Below are positions 41,501 through 43,828 of a DNA stretch of 43,828 bases, piece by piece. Each line of letters opens with the position of its first letter. Within the stretch, counting starts at the first letter, position 1. The translations under genes and the position numbers were made by a program. Origin of the DNA: a virus; IMG/VR virus record IMGVR_UViG_3300048914_000068, positions 1 to 43,828 of that record; one strand, given 5' to 3'. The notes under the pieces are model-generated. The model saw only the letters and a list, made by a program, of their open reading frames with translations. It made no database searches and was not told where the DNA came from.

Positions 41501-43828
41501 AGAATGAGTTTTATCTCAGGGGTTACGCGACGCTATCTGAGCTGCGCGACGCTATCGACTCACAGGAAGACGGGGGCGAGTCCTTAATTAAAAAGTTTCT
41601 CGGGGACTCGGTAGCAAACACTGACGATGTTATTGACGCCCTTACGGATGGAGGGCATTACCCCATCGACGAAGGGGTTTGGGAGAGTATTGGGGCGATT
41701 GACGAAGCTGATGCGCAGGTAGAAATCCAAAAGCTTCGCGGCAAGGTTGCCAGAGAACTAGGATTCGGCGCTATTGAAACTCCTGACGAATTCGATGGCG
41801 AAACCGTGATGGTCCTCGACCCGGCGCAAATCAAATCCGCCACCGGCAACCGTGGCACGTTTGACCCGAACGACCCGAACGTTCTGGCGCAACCCACCGA
41901 AGAGCGAGGCGGCAACCGCGCCGAGATCAGCTTTTCGAAGGACATCACGCAAACCCCGACCGTCGTCACGCTGTTCAAGAACGCGGATCTGTCCTCCTTC
42001 CTGCACGAGATGGGCCACTTCCAGCTGGAAGTGCTCGCCAACATCGCCAGCCGCCCCGACGCACCGCAAGGCATCGTCGACGACATGAACGCCGCGCTGA
42101 AATGGTTTGGCATCAAAGGCACTGAAGATGTAAAAGGCGGTGAGCAGTCGGGCAGCTTGGGGCAAGGCGCGGTCGGCCAAACCGAGACGCCTGAGTTCAA
42201 GGCTTGGTTCGGTGATAGCAAAGTCGTTGACGAAAACGGCAAGCCGCTGCCGATGTATCACGGCACCAGCCACGCCGGGTTCGAGTTCTTCGACACCTAT
42301 GCGTCGAACTATGGCCTGATGGGCATGGGCGGCTACTTTACCGCCGATCCGGCGGTCGCCAGCAGCTACACAAGCAAGGGCAAGGGCGATTCGCAGGGCG
42401 TATACAAGGTCTACCTGTCTATACAGAACCCGATCGATATGGAGGCGAAGGCCGATCCAGCGGAGTGGGCCAAGCAGTTCGACGGTATCGAGCAGTACCA
42501 TGAAGGCGGCGACACGAATGAAAGTTGGTATCGCGCCGCCGAAGAAATGATATCCGATGAAGGGGTGCCGAAGTGGGAGGGTGCCGAGGCGATGCAGGAC
42601 GGGCTGCGCGCAATGGGCCACGACGGCATCACCCATATCGGCGGTGGCCGCGTCGCCGCTGACGGCATTCGCCACCGCGTGTATGTCGCGTTCGATCCAG
42701 AGCAAATCAAATCCGCCATCGGCAACAGCGGTGCTTTTAACCCGAACGACACTAGCATCCTGGCGCAAGGTGGTGGGGAAGGAGCCAAACCCAGCACCCT
42801 GCCCAAAGGCCGCACCGCACTCGACGTGTGGAACGCCATGTCGCTGGAGGAGAAGCGCCCCTACCACGAGCAATTTGCCCGCGGCTTCGAGGCGTATCTG
42901 TTCGAGGGCAAGGCACCGAACCAGGAACTGCAATCCCTGTTCCAGCGCTTCCGTGCATGGATGGTCAGCGTCTACAAGTCGATGGCGAACCTGCGCGTCG
43001 AGATTAATGATGAGATTCGCGGCGTGTTCGACCGTTTGCTCGCCACCGACGAGATGATCAAGGCTGCCGAAGATGCGCGCAGCATGACCCCGCTCTTTGC
43101 CACCTCTGAAGAGATGGGAGACACGCCACAAGCGTGGGCGGATTACCAGCGCATCGGTATCGAAGCCAGCCGCGACGCGCAGGACGAGCTGCAGCAGCGC
43201 AGCATGAAGGACATGCGATGGCTGACCAACGCCCGCAGCCGCGTGCTGAAGGAGCTGCAGCGCGACGCCAAGGACAAGCGCAAGACGGTCGAGGAAGAGG
43301 TCCGCGCCGAGGTCGACGCCATGCCGGTCTACGCTGCGCAGAAGTTCTTGAAGCGTGGCGAGCTGGTCGGCCCCGATGGCGAACAGATCAAGGCCGAGAA
43401 GGGCCACCGGCTCGACACGGGGGCGCTGGCCGAGATGTACCCAGAGACGATGCTCAACCGCCCGAACCTGGACGGCTTGCGCGGTATGACGCGTAAGGAT
43501 GGCTTGCACCCCGATCTCGTGGCCGAGATGTTCGGCTTCACTTCGGGTGACCAGCTTGTTCGCGATATCCTCACTGCCGAAAACAAAGCCGACCTCATCA
43601 CCGGCTTGACTGATCAGCGCATGCTGGAGCGCTACGGCGACCTCAACCACCCCGACACCTTGGCGCGTGCCGCAGACGAAGCAATCCACAACGACGCCCG
43701 CGCCCGCTTCGTCGCTACCGAGCTGAAAGCCTTGTCCAAGGCGCAGGGACCGGTGCGCGTCATGCAGAAGGCGGCGAAGGAATTCGCGGAAGCCATGCTG
43801 TCCCGCAAGCAGATCAAGGACATCAAGC
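38536..43828 (+). CDS. 5' part of the 2,607-aa giant ejection / polyvalent protein (T7 gp16 position); runs off the window end and continues at nt 1..2658
   Basis: No stop found in this frame in the stretches read codon by codon (38536-38595, 40381-41100), and it reads as continuous coding sequence to the window end. Starts at TTG 38536 directly after the TGA, with GGAAGGGG 5 nt upstream. High third-position GC. Contains ART-like modules and HEMGH. Absent from the ORF track because it has no in-window stop. Confidence 0.8.
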   Translation, partial: MPTLDEAIDGTPPLDAAITGVADDKRRQSLYGAVRQNPDEYGRAVQLARATGVPAPVVARNLPDVEQRAKFDALDAAVDRGSALAVKLESQDFAALSHDDIASLKDIERTLNRRSAGKIDGPAFVRKPVAMAFSGPDATASSVVSGLLRSVPQGGEATRQGLRLQFADLIGAGAMREDALQKYQQNQFESALSTPEFDSATARGVYSGGVSLLRNLPGMAASIATGNPAPALATIGAQTEADAYGKYRARGATPGMALLGATGEGATEVGTEMLPMGFLVKNMGKVGTGQFLSGLLAREIPSEQIATLVQDAVDTAVANPDKTWGQYLKERPGAAYETLVATLTQAGAMEGAHVAMSRLSGTQQQANQALQDAAAIDHLTKLSTASKVRPRDMQSFEDFVQSASEGGPVENIHIDTRALQQSGIPPETLATLSPTAAAQMQEAIATGGDLVIPIGEYAGRIAGTELDSVLAPHLRTSEDALSLDEAQKYFQTQGEQFRAEAARIMEEKSSDDAFQASAKAVEGNLFAQLKQAGRFTDDVNTAYATLMRDFYVTTASRLGLTPEEMFSRYPLQVRAESVAAEQRMGQGDTTPVSADRVALALDETRWLDRGLKIGKATKLYRGVSDRTGKNTANFGRGLYVTTDKSEAAQYGDVKGMPLTDLPQNPLRFADEGKFREWESFVAREVFGHQRMADFEAARGIPDEWVRLLDPAVDGIQIGTGKGAFFVRFPDVSKAATSSYTGGNTLSQGGQNGTGTDRPGVQAEQEPRTVGGGTPRVDWTEQTRIRTKSGKPATVYRGASRPLGTADFNAGSLGHATGNPSSGLGVWFSLDREDAAGYGSVTEGFQLDIRKPKVYRDSDIPGFDTPQEAQAFARELQSQGYDGIAIDYRGLGGPLHLVAFTPETVIQPAAPKPLDMSQFFQGEHASTTPQTETEAFKKWFGDSKVVDENGKPLVVYHGGNEKIAAIEEGKGKFGGIFVRLGKSSGYGRVENEFYLRGYATLSELRDAIDSQEDGGESLIKKFLGDSVANTDDVIDALTDGGHYPIDEGVWESIGAIDEADAQVEIQKLRGKVARELGFGAIETPDEFDGETVMVLDPAQIKSATGNRGTFDPNDPNVLAQPTEERGGNRAEISFSKDITQTPTVVTLFKNADLSSFLHEMGHFQLEVLANIASRPDAPQGIVDDMNAALKWFGIKGTEDVKGGEQSGSLGQGAVGQTETPEFKAWFGDSKVVDENGKPLPMYHGTSHAGFEFFDTYASNYGLMGMGGYFTADPAVASSYTSKGKGDSQGVYKVYLSIQNPIDMEAKADPAEWAKQFDGIEQYHEGGDTNESWYRAAEEMISDEGVPKWEGAEAMQDGLRAMGHDGITHIGGGRVAADGIRHRVYVAFDPEQIKSAIGNSGAFNPNDTSILAQGGGEGAKPSTLPKGRTALDVWNAMSLEEKRPYHEQFARGFEAYLFEGKAPNQELQSLFQRFRAWMVSVYKSMANLRVEINDEIRGVFDRLLATDEMIKAAEDARSMTPLFATSEEMGDTPQAWADYQRIGIEASRDAQDELQQRSMKDMRWLTNARSRVLKELQRDAKDKRKTVEEEVRAEVDAMPVYAAQKFLKRGELVGPDGEQIKAEKGHRLDTGALAEMYPETMLNRPNLDGLRGMTRKDGLHPDLVAEMFGFTSGDQLVRDILTAENKADLITGLTDQRMLERYGDLNHPDTLARAADEAIHNDARARFVATELKALSKAQGPVRVMQKAAKEFAEAMLSRKQIKDIK
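40787..41056 (+). CDS. Candidate overlapping ORF (89 aa, +1 frame relative to the giant gene); status uncertain
   Basis: ATG 40787 preceded by AAGGTGG at 5-6 nt. Third-position GC is 21/25 in this frame versus 16/40 in the giant-gene frame over the same stretch. The product is Pro/Ser/Thr/Ala/Glu-rich. Confidence 0.25.
   Translation: MELELIDPAYKPSKSLAQLAAEHPEWTGLNKLASEPKAENPQPSTAEQAAPSEPQTSTPDLSVMQRVIQAVASVFGSASTEKTPPDTAP
41356..41388 (+). repeat. 33-nt perfect intragenic repeat, copy 1 (GATAGCAAAGTCGTTGACGAAAACGGCAAGCCG)
   Basis: Identical to 42214-42246; encodes DSKVVDENGKP at the start of effector module 3. Confidence 0.9.
42004..42018 (+). other. Zincin metallopeptidase motif HEMGH within the giant protein
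   Basis: Codons CAC GAG ATG GGC CAC in the giant-gene frame (context SSFLHEMGHFQLEVL). Confidence 0.6.
42214..42246 (+). repeat. 33-nt perfect intragenic repeat, copy 2
   Basis: Identical to 41356-41388, at the start of effector module 4. Confidence 0.9.
43702..43828. repeat. Right copy of the exact 127-nt end overlap (identical to 1..127)
   Basis: Base-by-base identity with the window start. Confidence 0.95.

Noticed and set aside
41758-43689. 643-aa ORF on the - strand, antisense to the giant gene.
   Set aside because: It is a typical GC-rich antisense shadow. Its sequence is Arg/Ala/Gly/Val/His-rich nonsense with no start context, and the + strand frame carries recognisable domains and the genome's codon bias.
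43702-43828. The 127-nt terminal duplication as a genuine phage direct terminal repeat or as a mobile-element boundary.
   Set aside because: It lies inside a continuous reading frame, preserves the frame across the junction, and has the length of a common assembler k-mer. T7-type DTRs are non-coding.
1-43828. A diversity-generating retroelement, considered because the capsid, decoration and Bbp19-like genes resemble Bordetella BPP-1-type phages.
   Set aside because: No reverse-transcriptase-like ORF (no YxDD motif protein) and no template/variable repeat pair near the fibre 3' end. The only fibre repeats are in-frame heptads.

Overview
The window is one complete, circularly assembled dsDNA phage genome of 43,701 bp; nt 1-127 repeat exactly at 43702-43828. 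It has a T7-type podovirus virion module. I see no rRNA or tRNA genes, CRISPR array, transposon, integrase or reverse transcriptase. Layout: (i) The + strand late arm runs 25082 -> 43701/1 -> 6575. It encodes an HTH regulator, terS, terL, GNAT, portal, scaffold, major capsid, decoration protein, gp11/gp12-like adaptor and nozzle, and three internal-virion/ejection proteins. The last of these is a 2,607-aa polyvalent protein that wraps around the window ends and is missing from the ORF track. The arm ends with a tail fibre carrying a 21-nt-periodic Ala/Ser/Thr array and a holin / 24-aa peptide / GH24 lysozyme cassette. (ii) The - strand early/middle arm runs 21096 -> 6556. It encodes a CI-like regulator, AT-rich micro-genes, an XRE regulator, a DUF2800-type nuclease, a DUF2815-type SSB and a family-A DNA polymerase. 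It also carries a lower-GC accessory island (Lar-like protein, Dam-type methylase, unknowns), then VRR-NUC, an SNF2 helicase and DUF3310. (iii) A short + strand operon runs 21238 -> 24259: an HTH paralogue, an AEP primase domain, a PAPS-reductase-like enzyme and a PriCT-2/RecA-type helicase. Several signals are not explained by the ORF track. A 17-nt late-operon motif occurs five times, each followed at a fixed 14 nt by a -10-like hexamer. Three near-identical - strand sigma70-type promoters contain a TAGC-N4-GCTA box, and a fourth box lies in the divergent regulator spacer. A reused stop/RBS/start linker gives unrelated early proteins the same LEQQKGE C-terminus. The giant gene contains effector cassettes with identical DNA edges. 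Four unrelated proteins end in D-x-LAG. A 311-nt intergenic region between SSB and polymerase is highly structured. All functional calls rest on motif recognition by eye, synteny and size, because no database search was possible. Hand-derived motif coordinates may be off by 1-2 nt.
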